The notes beneath the pieces are model-generated. The model saw only the letters and a program-made list of their open reading frames with translations. It was not told where the DNA came from and ran no database searches. A DNA stretch of 64,000 nt. It comes from a virus. Taxonomy: Duplodnaviria > Caudoviricetes. Positions within the stretch are counted from its first letter, which is position 1, and each line of letters starts with the position of its first letter. Below are positions 1-9,313 of the stretch, piece by piece. Location: the IMG/VR virus record IMGVR_UViG_3300050034_000334; one strand, written 5' to 3'. The position numbers were made by a program, and so were the translations under genes.

Positions 1-446
1 AGGAACTCTGTTTCGTGCTCTTCAGGATGGTAGAATTCCTTCTTCTTGTCCTCAAATTGAGAGGGCATCCACTTCGTCACCTGTTCCTTGCACTCCAACT
101 CAGCCCTCTTCTCGTTAGGGAGCGCGTCATAGTCTTCTTGTGAAATTCCCCAGTGTTCTTCAGGGAAATCCATCCACTTCCCAGATGGGACCGGGTAAGG
201 ATCTCCTGCTTTCATCCAGATCTGGGAGTGCTCCCAGTCACTGAGTACATAACAAGTGTACGTGCCATCGCTGTAAGAAGCCATAGGCTGGATTGTCTTC
301 TTCAGGAATCCAATCACAGTCCGAACACAGCGGTTGCGGAACTCTTGGACCATCGGGGAGAAGAATGGATCCACCTTGTGATCCAGCTTGATCTCCTGAA
401 TGATCTCTTCCGCCGATTTTGCTTTCTTGAGAAGTTTTGAGTTCAT
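1..446 (-). CDS. Hypothetical protein, 3' end truncated by the window edge
   Basis: Hand translation from ATG at 446 (MNSKLLKKAKSAEEIIQEIKLDHKVDPFF...) stays open to position 1; not in the ORF track. Confidence 0.7.
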   Translation of the reverse strand, partial: MNSKLLKKAKSAEEIIQEIKLDHKVDPFFSPMVQEFRNRCVRTVIGFLKKTIQPMASYSDGTYTCYVLSDWEHSQIWMKAGDPYPVPSGKWMDFPEEHWGISQEDYDALPNEKRAELECKEQVTKWMPSQFEDKKKEFYHPEEHETEF

Positions 447-448
447 GA

Positions 449-1153
449 CTATAGAGAAAGAGAAAGTTCACAAAAGGAACATCCTGGTTTTTTAATTCCT
501 CGATTGAGATGCCAACGTGTGTGATGAGCCTTTGGAAGACTTCGAGCAGCTATCCGACCGGCTCTTTGTAGGGTTTCTCTGGAATGAGACTTGCCTCCAA
601 GGGAGTGAACTTCACGAGACATGCGGGTTGACATTTCTTCCGGATGTTCTTCCGCATATTTCCGGCAACCAGCTACTCGAGGAGTTTCGTCTTGGACTGC
701 ACGGGCTGCCTTGATTTTGTCAATGGTTTCCTCCGAAGTGAGATGTCCCATCATCTTGGCAGAGAACCTTTCTTTATGACCAGGACGTTGCCACATGAGA
801 CGAGTGTTTTCAATTATCTTGAGACGAGATTCTTCAGAGTGAGGTGCAGTATGCCCTTCTCCACCTTTGCAAATATTGTATCCGATTTCAGGATCACGAG
901 CTAAGAAAATCTTAATCAGTGCTTGTTCCCAAACACAGAGAGCCTCATTATTTGCACAATCAGTAACGAGAGGATAGATAGTGAAATTATCCCAACCATA
1001 CTTTCGAACAGCATTATAGAGATGAGGCTTTCCAGCATCGCCTTTCAGAATTGAATCTTTCTGCCTAGACCAATAATGTTGAAGATTGTTCTCTTTCGTT
1101 TTACCGACATAGATCTTGCAGTTTACCACATTGACGATCACGTAGACAAACAT
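449..1153 (-). CDS. GIY-YIG homing endonuclease with NUMOD-like basic tail
   Basis: N-terminus FVYVIVNVVNCKIYVGKT...GYNICKGGEG. Confidence 0.85.
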   Translation of the reverse strand: MFVYVIVNVVNCKIYVGKTKENNLQHYWSRQKDSILKGDAGKPHLYNAVRKYGWDNFTIYPLVTDCANNEALCVWEQALIKIFLARDPEIGYNICKGGEGHTAPHSEESRLKIIENTRLMWQRPGHKERFSAKMMGHLTSEETIDKIKAARAVQDETPRVAGCRKYAEEHPEEMSTRMSREVHSLGGKSHSRETLQRAGRIAARSLPKAHHTRWHLNRGIKKPGCSFCELSLSL

Positions 1154-1206
1154 GCCATACCTCCACTCACTGATACTGGTGGAGATTGGAAAGTACGTTT
1201 TCTTGT

Positions 1207-2268
1207 CTAGCCCAATAGCCAGCGTTGCTGTCTGAGACCCACACTCGCTGGTCTGTTCGCGGTGATTAGAGGTGCCCAGGTTTCGAACATAGCAGTGTAG
1301 GTCTGTCCTAGACCTTGGTACAGAGAGGATTTATTGATGTCCAAACTCACACCATTCAAGCTGTATCCGAACTCTTCTTCCGCCCAGCGAGCTGATTCTC
1401 CCAGCAAGCACTTGGCCGCCGCGCCGACCGCCGCCGCTTCAGCCCAGTCTTCAGGAATCGAGCGAATGTTGTAGTTGGTGAGAGCCATAGGGTTCCAGGT
1501 ATTGAGTTGGGCAATCGTGATCTTCAGCATGAGTGTGATTGTCATGTCGACCCAGATATACCCCACTCTCGAAGTGTATCCTGCTACGATCTTGCTCGGA
1601 GTTGGAGGACGGAAATGGTAGTTTCTATCCGGATTGGTGTCTGAAAGAAGCTCTCTGACACTCATGATCATCTGTGCTGTCTTTTGGTCCATCCCAGGCT
1701 TCCGAGCTACGATCATCGACGGTGCTTCGAAACTGTTGGAAGCGTAGTCGACCACCTGCACGAAGAAGTCTTCAGTCACCACATCAGAAACTAGGACAGG
1801 AGTTGAAGTTGGAGTGAACTGAGCATTGCTCGATTGACCGACCCAGATATCAGTTGAATTTGTGGTCAGGATTTGAGCAGGGGTCAATCCGTTGATCTGC
1901 ATGCTACCAGTGGAAGCCAGCACCATTGTCGCAGAAGCGAGTGTGACATTCTGGATGACAATCTCCCCGGGAATGAACACACCAGAGGTGATTGCTCCTG
2001 CTACGTTGCTGACAGGATACTGAACCAGATTCCATCGCAGTTGATACTCACCTTCCCAGCTGGTCGGGATAGTGATTGGAACATAGTAAGCTCCGATGTT
2101 CGTGTTTCCAGGAGTCTGACTTAACACGACCGGCGAGAACACTCCACTGACATTACTGTAGATGTCATAATTGATGGCGGTCGGATTCATCAGCATTCCA
2201 TTGGCATCATGGATGAGAATGCCCAGATCGCCTGGTCCTAGAGTTTTTCCTTGGGTCAAAGTCTGCAC
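1207..2268 (-). CDS. Putative virion structural protein (neck/head-completion-like)
   Basis: 353 aa; beta-rich N-terminal half; carries a ~60-aa module shared with two baseplate proteins in this window; exact role inferred. Confidence 0.5.
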   Translation of the reverse strand: MQTLTQGKTLGPGDLGILIHDANGMLMNPTAINYDIYSNVSGVFSPVVLSQTPGNTNIGAYYVPITIPTSWEGEYQLRWNLVQYPVSNVAGAITSGVFIPGEIVIQNVTLASATMVLASTGSMQINGLTPAQILTTNSTDIWVGQSSNAQFTPTSTPVLVSDVVTEDFFVQVVDYASNSFEAPSMIVARKPGMDQKTAQMIMSVRELLSDTNPDRNYHFRPPTPSKIVAGYTSRVGYIWVDMTITLMLKITIAQLNTWNPMALTNYNIRSIPEDWAEAAAVGAAAKCLLGESARWAEEEFGYSLNGVSLDINKSSLYQGLGQTYTAMFETWAPLITANRPASVGLRQQRWLLG

Positions 2269-3146
2269 GAGCTCACCACCTCACTTAGAACTTGAAAGCC
2301 ATTCCTTGGCTTCATTCCTCGTTTCCATCCGTTGGCTTCATATTTCTGCCATTCTTCTTGTTTTATGGCTTTGCTTCCAAGGATTTCATGATGGATTCTT
2401 ATCCTCCCCTTGTTTCCTTTTCCCATTGACTGCACCTGATTCAAGTGATCATCTGTTCCAAAGTACGTTTTCCGAAGAATCTCAAGAGTTTTCCTCCGAT
2501 GTTTCGCAGCCTCTTCCGTAGCATTCCATATACGAACACTCTGTTTAGATTTCTCAATTCTAAAAGGATGTGAAGCCAGTCTTTCACGATGAGATTTTCC
2601 TTCTTCACTGTCATTCCAATTCTTCAAATGAGCGATGGCCTCTGCGGATCCCAACCAGTTATCTCGCACATAATCCCATCCTTTAGACATAGCTTTTCTT
2701 GTAAACTGCTTTCCTCTTTCAGTATTGTGCCAAGCAGCAAGCCTTGCCAATTTCTTGGGACTGCGCCTCGAGGCTTGAGCCTTAAGACTATTTCTAACAG
2801 AGCCACCAATCAAAATTCTAGTTTCTTCAGAGTGCTTCCATCCGCTAACTCCTTCTCCTCCATCTGTATGATTAATCAGTATTCCAGTTCCATTATCTTT
2901 CCTACCATACAAATAAATCAGGTTCATCTCCAGTTGAAGAGCATCCTTCTCATAAAGATTTCCAGCCAAGATCACTATGTTCAAAGGATCAGCTGGAATA
3001 GGAGTCTTCCTGTGATCTTCATACGGACGAAGATTCCTCCCCTTACCTATGTAGTAAGGAGCTCCCTTTGGTGCCGTTTGAGAATCCTTAGAACGAAGGT
3101 ATGCGTACACGAAAAACTCTTGTTCACCTTGTGTTAGAGCAACCAT
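2256..3146 (-). CDS. GIY-YIG-family (Seg-like) endonuclease
   Basis: FFVYAYLR...YYIGKG...GILINHTDGGEG followed by a basic helical tail. Confidence 0.8.
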   Translation of the reverse strand: MVALTQGEQEFFVYAYLRSKDSQTAPKGAPYYIGKGRNLRPYEDHRKTPIPADPLNIVILAGNLYEKDALQLEMNLIYLYGRKDNGTGILINHTDGGEGVSGWKHSEETRILIGGSVRNSLKAQASRRSPKKLARLAAWHNTERGKQFTRKAMSKGWDYVRDNWLGSAEAIAHLKNWNDSEEGKSHRERLASHPFRIEKSKQSVRIWNATEEAAKHRRKTLEILRKTYFGTDDHLNQVQSMGKGNKGRIRIHHEILGSKAIKQEEWQKYEANGWKRGMKPRNGFQVLSEVVSSCRL

Positions 3147-3180
3147 ACTAAGGATCAGGAAGTCAAGTAAGTTTCCACAT

Positions 3181-3209
3181 TACCCGAAACTCGTGTCCCT
3201 TCGGTAGAA
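3181..3209 (+). promoter_or_regulatory. Phage promoter motif TACCCGA-N16-GTAGAA
   Basis: One of 11 copies with a fixed 16-nt spacer; lies upstream of the GGAGG RBS and ATG 3226. Confidence 0.7.
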
Positions 3210-3225
3210 AGAACTGGAGGGAATC

Positions 3226-3444
3226 ATGAACAAAGCACTATTAAAATCGCTCAAACAGGCAGTTCGATACATTGAAGTCACGAATGCATACCGTGGAGCA
3301 ATGACTGCTGCTGAAGTAGAAGCAGCGATCAAGCGTAACATCAATGACTCTCGCGTGGAAATCGGAGCCAACAGTTGCACCACGCTGGACTCATTTGATA
3401 TTCATGCTGCCAAGGCGGCTATTAAACTGGCCGAAGAGGTATAA
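3226..3444 (+). CDS. Hypothetical protein
   Basis: Promoter motif and GGAGG RBS upstream. Confidence 0.7.
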   Translation: MNKALLKSLKQAVRYIEVTNAYRGAMTAAEVEAAIKRNINDSRVEIGANSCTTLDSFDIHAAKAAIKLAEEV

Positions 3445-3495
3445 TCAAGAAAAACGGTCGCCCGAAGACGACCGCTTGACTTGTAAAGGATCTCG

Positions 3496-3753
3496 TTACA
3501 CGGCGGACAAGGTCATTCTATTTCTAGACTCGATCTTTGTGGGCTTGGGATCTGGGTTCAGCATGGTCATTCTAGAGGGACTTTTGGAACCTTGATTTTC
3601 AGGGGTGAATCTCAAGTATCCCTTCGAAATGCTCTGTTTCAGAAAAACTTCAAGCTCTTTTGCCAATTTGGGGTTTGATGTTTGAACTACCAGATCTCCA
3701 CTTCCAGTGAGAAAATCAGTAATCATGATTTCAGTAGTAACTTCCGCTTCCAT
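3496..3753 (-). CDS. Hypothetical protein
   Basis: 85-aa ORF filling the intergenic gap, AGGAG upstream. Confidence 0.6.
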   Translation of the reverse strand: MEAEVTTEIMITDFLTGSGDLVVQTSNPKLAKELEVFLKQSISKGYLRFTPENQGSKSPSRMTMLNPDPKPTKIESRNRMTLSAV

Positions 3754-3829
3754 TTCGTTTTCCTATCTCCTGAATTCAATGATATACCTAGATTTCCCAC
3801 GAGGGTAACTGTTTTACACCTGATTTCAC

Positions 3830-3858
3830 TACCCGAAACTCACATGAACTCCGTAGAG
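3830..3858 (+). promoter_or_regulatory. Phage promoter motif TACCCGA-N16-GTAGAG
   Basis: Exact motif, 6 nt upstream of ATG 3865. Confidence 0.7.
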
Positions 3859-3864
3859 AGAAGT

Positions 3865-4104
3865 ATGGAAAATAGAGCAAAGGTCATCAAGCAGAAGTAC
3901 ACCACAGCCAAAGCCAAGCTCCCTTCTTGGGCGCGCAACCTTCAGGTCGATGACGATCCTCGCCTCCCGGTGAAGACTCTCGAGAACTTGAAGCAAGCTG
4001 TTCGTGACGAGATCACGATGTACCTTCGCGGCCTGAACCCTCTCACCGACAAGCAGTATGCTCAACTCCGCGAATGGCAGGATTGGGCCGGGAGATCACT
4101 GTGA
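3865..4104 (+). CDS. Hypothetical protein (MENRAKVIKQKY...)
   Basis: ATG 6 nt after the promoter -10-like box; 3' part of track ORF 3682..4104. Confidence 0.6.
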   Translation: MENRAKVIKQKYTTAKAKLPSWARNLQVDDDPRLPVKTLENLKQAVRDEITMYLRGLNPLTDKQYAQLREWQDWAGRSL

Positions 4105-4330
4105 AGAGACTGACTTCGGTGGCTCTTACCTCTACACCTTCGCTGACCCGACTGGCAATGTCATCAAGTGGTTCGCTTCCAACGAACTGCAGCTGGGCGA
4201 CGGAAGCTACAATGTGAATTCCATGATTGACGCCATCGGAAAGATTGTTAGTTTGAAAGGAACCATCACCAAACACGAAGAGTACAACGGTGTCAAGGCA
4301 ACCTACATCAACCGGGCTGTGATAGTGTAA
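4058..4330 (+). pseudogene. Probable C-terminal fragment of a phage OB-fold-like protein
   Basis: ETDFGGSYLYTFADPTGNVIKWF...LKGTITKHEEYNGVKATYINRA recalls the C-terminus of a common phage protein; no convincing start or RBS, overlaps the upstream gene out of frame. Confidence 0.4.
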
Positions 4331-4394
4331 CCATAATTCAACTACATTTTCACCTACAGGATTCTCTATAGCATCACAGTAAAGGAGAATCCAC

Positions 4395-5534
4395 ATGCTC
4401 AAACTGGACTATTATGGCCAGAACGATGGAACCACGGTTCCTAACGTGGTTTTGACTGGCACCCCAGGGGTTGACCAGACTACCCTCACCAACGCTGGTT
4501 ACCTTGGCGGAAAAGTTATGGCCATGGTGGGAACGTACTCAGCAGATGGATTCCCACTCATCGCGCCTTGCGATGCGTACACCATGAACCCCTATGGACT
4601 GCTCGCAAACGGTCCTGGAGAGTTCGCTGGGGCAATCGGACCTTCCGGCTCCAAGAAAGCTCCAATCTTCCGCGCAATGCTCAAGGGCGGAGTGGACAGT
4701 CAAGCATATGCCGGCAGTGGATTCGTCGCCGGACATCCCATCTACTGCGGTGCCGGAGTCAACTCTGGACTCATGGTTGCGACCGCTCCGATCATTCCTC
4801 TGGCGCTGACCAATCCCTCGGTAGTTCTGGCACAAGTTGCTGCAGTTTCCACCGCGACGTTTACCTTCAACGCTGCCGCAGACACCCTCTTTGGCAACTT
4901 CGTTGTTGGACTTGGCGCAAGAACTCTGATTACAAACCCCACTCCAACCGTACCCACTGCCCTGGTTCCTGCGACCGCGACCTACACCTTTGCCGCTGCC
5001 GGCGACACTGTGATTGGCAGCTTTGTGATCAACATCGCTGCGGTTGGCGCAGTTACCACTGTCATCCCTGCAAGAACAACTCTTGGCGGTGCTGTCACTC
5101 TGCTGAATACCGCTGGCAATCTTCCTGCTGGAGTGACCGCCTCTGTCTCTGGTGCCTCGATCGTCTTTACAGGTATCGTTGGAACAGGCAACACTCTGAC
5201 GGTCTCTGCGACTGCGGTCTATGACGTGGTGACAACCACCACCACTATCGTTATTCCGGATGACACGACCCTTCCAGCCGCCGTTCTTCTGCTGAATGCT
5301 CTGCCGGCTGCTGGTGGTCTTCCCACCGGAGTGGTTGCCACTAACCCTGGCGCTGGTGCAACGATCGTTCTTACCGGCAGTCCAGTTGGAATCGGCAACG
5401 ATCTGGTCATCACCGGAACTTCACTCTTCGACGTCAAGGCAACGGGAGGAGTTGCTGTTCCTCCCATTGGCATCTGCATGGCGCCACCTTCGGCAACCAA
5501 CAGTTTCTTCCTGAAATTCGCGTCCTTGCTGTAA
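4395..5534 (+). CDS. Putative capsid decoration/cement protein with internal Ala/Thr/Gly/Val-rich insertion
   Basis: AAGGAG RBS; own terminator; core split around two internal repeats; function inferred. Confidence 0.5.
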   Translation: MLKLDYYGQNDGTTVPNVVLTGTPGVDQTTLTNAGYLGGKVMAMVGTYSADGFPLIAPCDAYTMNPYGLLANGPGEFAGAIGPSGSKKAPIFRAMLKGGVDSQAYAGSGFVAGHPIYCGAGVNSGLMVATAPIIPLALTNPSVVLAQVAAVSTATFTFNAAADTLFGNFVVGLGARTLITNPTPTVPTALVPATATYTFAAAGDTVIGSFVINIAAVGAVTTVIPARTTLGGAVTLLNTAGNLPAGVTASVSGASIVFTGIVGTGNTLTVSATAVYDVVTTTTTIVIPDDTTLPAAVLLLNALPAAGGLPTGVVATNPGAGATIVLTGSPVGIGNDLVITGTSLFDVKATGGVAVPPIGICMAPPSATNSFFLKFASLL

Positions 5535-5555
5535 TCAGTATTTGCCGCTAAGACC

Positions 5556-5594
5556 AGAACCTCTCCGAGATTAAGCGGAGAGGTTCTTCTTTTT
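5556..5594 (+). terminator. Intrinsic terminator
   Basis: 12-bp stem agaacctctccg/cggagaggttct followed by tcttttt. Confidence 0.85.
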
Positions 5595-6365
5595 GAATTC
5601 AGATCTCTTGAAGTGATAGAGATCGTCTGCACGACCGCACACTCCACAAGTGGGATCCTTGGGATCAGGTTCACCCTCCGAGAAATCTGGTTCCCACTGA
5701 TGATGAAAGGCCTCTGCTTCATCCCTGATCCAACCCAACACAGTTGAGACCGCTTGCTTGTGAGGAATGGTCCGCACGTCCTTGGTCTTGGACTGGCAGG
5801 GCTTGATCTTGCAACACTCACACTTGTCAGTTCCCGCCAGTTCGAACTTCTTCCTGGATGAGATGATAGCCTCGAACTTCGGCGCCAGAGTCTTGTAAGG
5901 ATCGAAGGGCTTGATATTCCCCTTGGCCGCCCTGCGGGACAGCGTCTGATCGATGCAACGCTGGAGAGGGGTGTCGAGAAAGCCAAAGATGAAGTGATGC
6001 TCATTGAGTTCATCAGCCAAACTGTTGTAGCGACTGAACAGACCGGAGATCAGCAAACCTTCATACAGGACGTTGCCCAGAGGAGCCCACTCACGAATGA
6101 GATCACAGATCTTATCCTGAGTGTTGATCCCGTCACATCCACCACACTCATTGACATAGGAGCCTAGAACATACAAATCTTTGGGTTGCATCTGTTTGTT
6201 ATTTGGATTCTTAGGAGGGATAACCACGTTCTTACACACGTATCCACGGATCTTGCCTTTTTCATCCAGAATGGGCTGACCATCGTATACACTCAGAATC
6301 GCTCTGACAATGGTACTTTTCCCTCCGCCATTCGTGGAGCGGATGTTCACAACTAGGTTCCCCAT
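5571..6365 (-). CDS. P-loop kinase of the type linked to phage thymidine hypermodification (5-hmdU DNA kinase-like)
   Basis: VNIRSTNGGGKST Walker A; GSYVNECGGCDGI; LYEGLLIS; FLDTPLQRCI. Confidence 0.65.
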   Translation of the reverse strand: MGNLVVNIRSTNGGGKSTIVRAILSVYDGQPILDEKGKIRGYVCKNVVIPPKNPNNKQMQPKDLYVLGSYVNECGGCDGINTQDKICDLIREWAPLGNVLYEGLLISGLFSRYNSLADELNEHHFIFGFLDTPLQRCIDQTLSRRAAKGNIKPFDPYKTLAPKFEAIISSRKKFELAGTDKCECCKIKPCQSKTKDVRTIPHKQAVSTVLGWIRDEAEAFHHQWEPDFSEGEPDPKDPTCGVCGRADDLYHFKRSEFKKKNLSA

Positions 6366-6406
6366 TCGTTAATTCCCCTAACATTGAGACTTCCTGTTTC
6401 CAGGTT

Positions 6407-7282
6407 ATGAGAACTAATACTGAGAAAATCTGTTCATGTGGTAAGTCATTCAGAATGACATATAGGCTGGAGGGAATTCCCACCAATAAATGTCTTGCTT
6501 GTTCCTTCCCAGAAGAAATTGCTCGAAGAAAGGAGCGTTTCAAGGGATCCAGTAATCCTAGATTTGGAAAACCAGGCACTATGAAAGGAAGAAATCCGTA
6601 TGATCTGTGGGTTGAGAAGTACGGAACGGAAGAAGCCGATCGTCGTAAATCTGAACTCAACTCTAAACAGGGACGTCCTCATACAAAGGATTGGAAAGAA
6701 GATCACAGTAGGAAAATGACTGAATCTAATTCCATGGCTGGCCGTTCTATATACTCAGTCTGGCTGGAGAACTATGGGAAGGAAGAAGCCGACTGTAGGA
6801 TGATAGCATCCAGAGCTAAATGGAGTCTAGCTTCTTCCGGATCCAACAACCCCATGTTTGGAAAACCCTCTCCTATCGGTTCCGGTTGTGGATGGAGCGG
6901 CTGGTATCGGGTTCACTACTTTCGAAGTCTCCTTGAACTCTCTTACATGCTCAAATTTGATGAGGAAGGTACTGTTTGGGAATCCGCTGAGAAGAAATAC
7001 CACAAAATTCCCTACCAGACTTCAACCGGATCTAAGAATTTCTTTCCTGATTTCTATCTTCCTCTCACAGAGGAATTTGTTGAAATCAAACCTCGAGCAT
7101 TGACGTACACAGAGGGTAATAAGGCCAAATTTGCTGCCGCCAAAAATCTCCTAGGAGATAAGTTCAAAGTGCTCACAGAAGACAACATTCACAAGATACA
7201 AGGAGATCAACTGAGTCACTTAGTTTCTTCTGGAACGGTCAAGCTACTTCCAAAATGGCAAAACCGACTTTCAATCTCGTAA
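6407..7282 (+). CDS. PD-(D/E)XK (TnsA-N-like) homing endonuclease with NUMOD-like repeats
   Basis: FRSLLELSY...FFPDFYL...FVEIKP; repeated NPRFGK/NPMFGK motifs. Confidence 0.75.
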   Translation: MRTNTEKICSCGKSFRMTYRLEGIPTNKCLACSFPEEIARRKERFKGSSNPRFGKPGTMKGRNPYDLWVEKYGTEEADRRKSELNSKQGRPHTKDWKEDHSRKMTESNSMAGRSIYSVWLENYGKEEADCRMIASRAKWSLASSGSNNPMFGKPSPIGSGCGWSGWYRVHYFRSLLELSYMLKFDEEGTVWESAEKKYHKIPYQTSTGSKNFFPDFYLPLTEEFVEIKPRALTYTEGNKAKFAAAKNLLGDKFKVLTEDNIHKIQGDQLSHLVSSGTVKLLPKWQNRLSIS

Positions 7283-7299
7283 CACAAGGAGAAAATTTC

Positions 7300-7854
7300 A
7301 TGGCGTCGTTTAGCATCGCATTCGCCTGGACAATGGTCTTTGAAGACCCCAAACTCCAATACGCACAAGTTGATGACGTGCCTAATCAGTATGACGGCAA
7401 TGGAAAACGGATTGGTGCATTTGCCATTTCCGGAATCAACAGTGCTGCTTTCCCCACTCAGTTTGCCAAGATCGCCCTGGTTCCTCAGTCGCAGAGAGGT
7501 CCGGATGTTCAGGCTTTCTATCAAGGTAACTTCTGGGGCATCCACTATGGTCAGCTGGCTGATGACATTGCCAAGAGATTGTTCGATGCAGGAGTCAATG
7601 CTGGAGAAGTGACCGCTGTCGAAATCTTCCAGAAGGCCATCAACTCTCTCGGTGGAACACTCAAGGTGGACGGAGGCATGGGTCCCATGACCGTGGCCGC
7701 CGCCAATGCTCTTGACATCAGTCATCTGGTTTCAGCCTTTCAGAACTTCCGTCTGGCTCACTACCAAGACATCGTGGCCAAGAATCCCAACGATGCTAAA
7801 TTCCTCGGCACTGCTGCCAAACCTGGTCCTTGGTGGAAGAGAGCGATGGCCTAA
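7300..7854 (+). CDS. GH108-family lysozyme/endolysin with C-terminal peptidoglycan-binding region
   Basis: FED...AISGINS; FYQGNFW; IAKRLFDAGVNAG; LKVDGGMGPMT; AAGGAG RBS. Confidence 0.8.
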   Translation: MASFSIAFAWTMVFEDPKLQYAQVDDVPNQYDGNGKRIGAFAISGINSAAFPTQFAKIALVPQSQRGPDVQAFYQGNFWGIHYGQLADDIAKRLFDAGVNAGEVTAVEIFQKAINSLGGTLKVDGGMGPMTVAAANALDISHLVSAFQNFRLAHYQDIVAKNPNDAKFLGTAAKPGPWWKRAMA

Positions 7855-7889
7855 TCATCCAGGGTGAACATAGGTTCGTCCTGTTCCAG

Positions 7890-8420
7890 TCAGGTATCAA
7901 GCAAGTCTCCCATGTCCTTCACTTTGGCCATTTCTATGTCGCGCCGCCGCTCGTTGGGAGACTTGCGGGTCTTGTTCAGAGGAAGTGATTGCAGGCGGGA
8001 GACGGCCTCATTGAAATTCAAGCCATCTTCCAACTGCTCATCAGAGATGTCTCCCTTGCGATGAAGGAACTCGGCAACTGTGCCCAGCAGGATCCTAAGT
8101 TGATCCACAGCAATCACTGCTGTAGGATTAGGACGAGCAGCCGCTTCGGCAATCTGGTGCTGGGCATACTCCTCGGGATAGTAGAAGAGCATCGCTTTGG
8201 TCAGGTAGGACTGAGACTTGAGCAGATCCTGGAAGCCGTTCTTGTCCTGATGACGATCAATGTACTTGCTGATCTGAGCATCCAGGTACGGAAGTCCGGC
8301 TGCGTAGTCCCAGTGCTGAATGATCCCTGAGCAATGAGGGCATTTGGACTTCTTGTTGTAATGACTTCCACCAACCTGCTTCACTGGATGGTCTTCGATA
8401 TTTGGCATGAGATCCTCCAT
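7890..8420 (-). CDS. DUF3310 / T7 gp1.7-like nucleotide kinase domain protein
   Basis: QVGGSHY...IQHWDY...KYIDRHQDKNGFQDLLKSQSYL. Confidence 0.75.
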   Translation of the reverse strand: MEDLMPNIEDHPVKQVGGSHYNKKSKCPHCSGIIQHWDYAAGLPYLDAQISKYIDRHQDKNGFQDLLKSQSYLTKAMLFYYPEEYAQHQIAEAAARPNPTAVIAVDQLRILLGTVAEFLHRKGDISDEQLEDGLNFNEAVSRLQSLPLNKTRKSPNERRRDIEMAKVKDMGDLLDT

Positions 8421-8441
8421 TTGACTATTACTGTGGAAATC

Positions 8442-9038
8442 TCAGTTCTGCCAAATCCAAACCCGGTTCAATTCAGGAGAAGTGGCACGACTGCGGATGA
8501 AGGAAAGATTGTACTCTTCGTGAGGCAGAGCCATAATCTTCTTCTGTCCATGAATCTTCACGTTTCATACATTTCCACCTGACTCTGGAGGAGGAAGGTT
8601 CTGGTCGATCCACTCAGTGACCCATGAGGCAATCACAACTTCTGGTTGATAGAAGTCAACTGCTTCCACTGCGTCTAGGGTGTGAACCTCGCTGGGATAC
8701 TTTATGACAGGCTGTCTCATGATTGCATAGTGCTGGCGGATCTCTGGCCATTCCTGCATCCTGTTGTCTGTTGCAGCTATACCCAAATAGTGAGCCAGGT
8801 CTCCAGAACCAGCACCAATCTCAATTGCTTTTCTTCCGTTGATACGCTCACGAAGCCATGCCACGAGTTCAGTAGTCGGCAGCCCATACCTGGCATTCTG
8901 ATTGCACCAGACTCGCAAGGCGTCATGTGAAATCTGATCGTAGGATTCAGCGGGAAGCAACTTGAGTCTGCCATTCGCTTCCAGAAGATCCGGAAGAGAC
9001 AATGAGTTCGAAAGGATGCTGATTTCCACTGAATTCAT
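8442..9038 (-). pseudogene. SAM-binding (methyltransferase-like) protein interrupted by an in-frame TGA at 8565-8567
   Basis: IEIGAGSG motif; after ...GGNV* the same frame continues 40 codons (NVKIHGQKKIMALPHEEY...NRVWIWQN*). Confidence 0.55.
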
Positions 9039-9295
9039 CTCTCTTCCATAAGTTTGTCGACCTCTTCGTCGTCAGCAATTTGCTTCTTCTGGATCTCGTC
9101 CTTGATCCTTGCATACTCGGTTTTCAGGGCCTCTCCCTGGCAATCCTTTGCATGGGTGATCTCAGACCCTCCCTTGCCGCCCACGTCGGAATGACCGCAG
9201 AAATGGCAGCGGGTACGACCCCAATCAATGTCGTAGTAATACTGGTACTTCTCTACAAACTGCATTGCCTGTTCGGTGACACTCTCAACGCTCAT
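9035..9295 (-). CDS. Hypothetical protein with CxxC...HxxxC
   Basis: Overlaps the downstream gene by 4 nt (coupled). Confidence 0.65.
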   Translation of the reverse strand: MSVESVTEQAMQFVEKYQYYYDIDWGRTRCHFCGHSDVGGKGGSEITHAKDCQGEALKTEYARIKDEIQKKQIADDEEVDKLMEER

Positions 9296-9313
9296 AGTTT
9301 TCTCTACGGAATT

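Noticed and set aside
8565-8567. Genome-wide stop-codon reassignment suggested by one in-frame TGA
   Set aside because: All other long genes are uninterrupted under code 11, many end in TGA or TAG, and no suppressor tRNA is in the window
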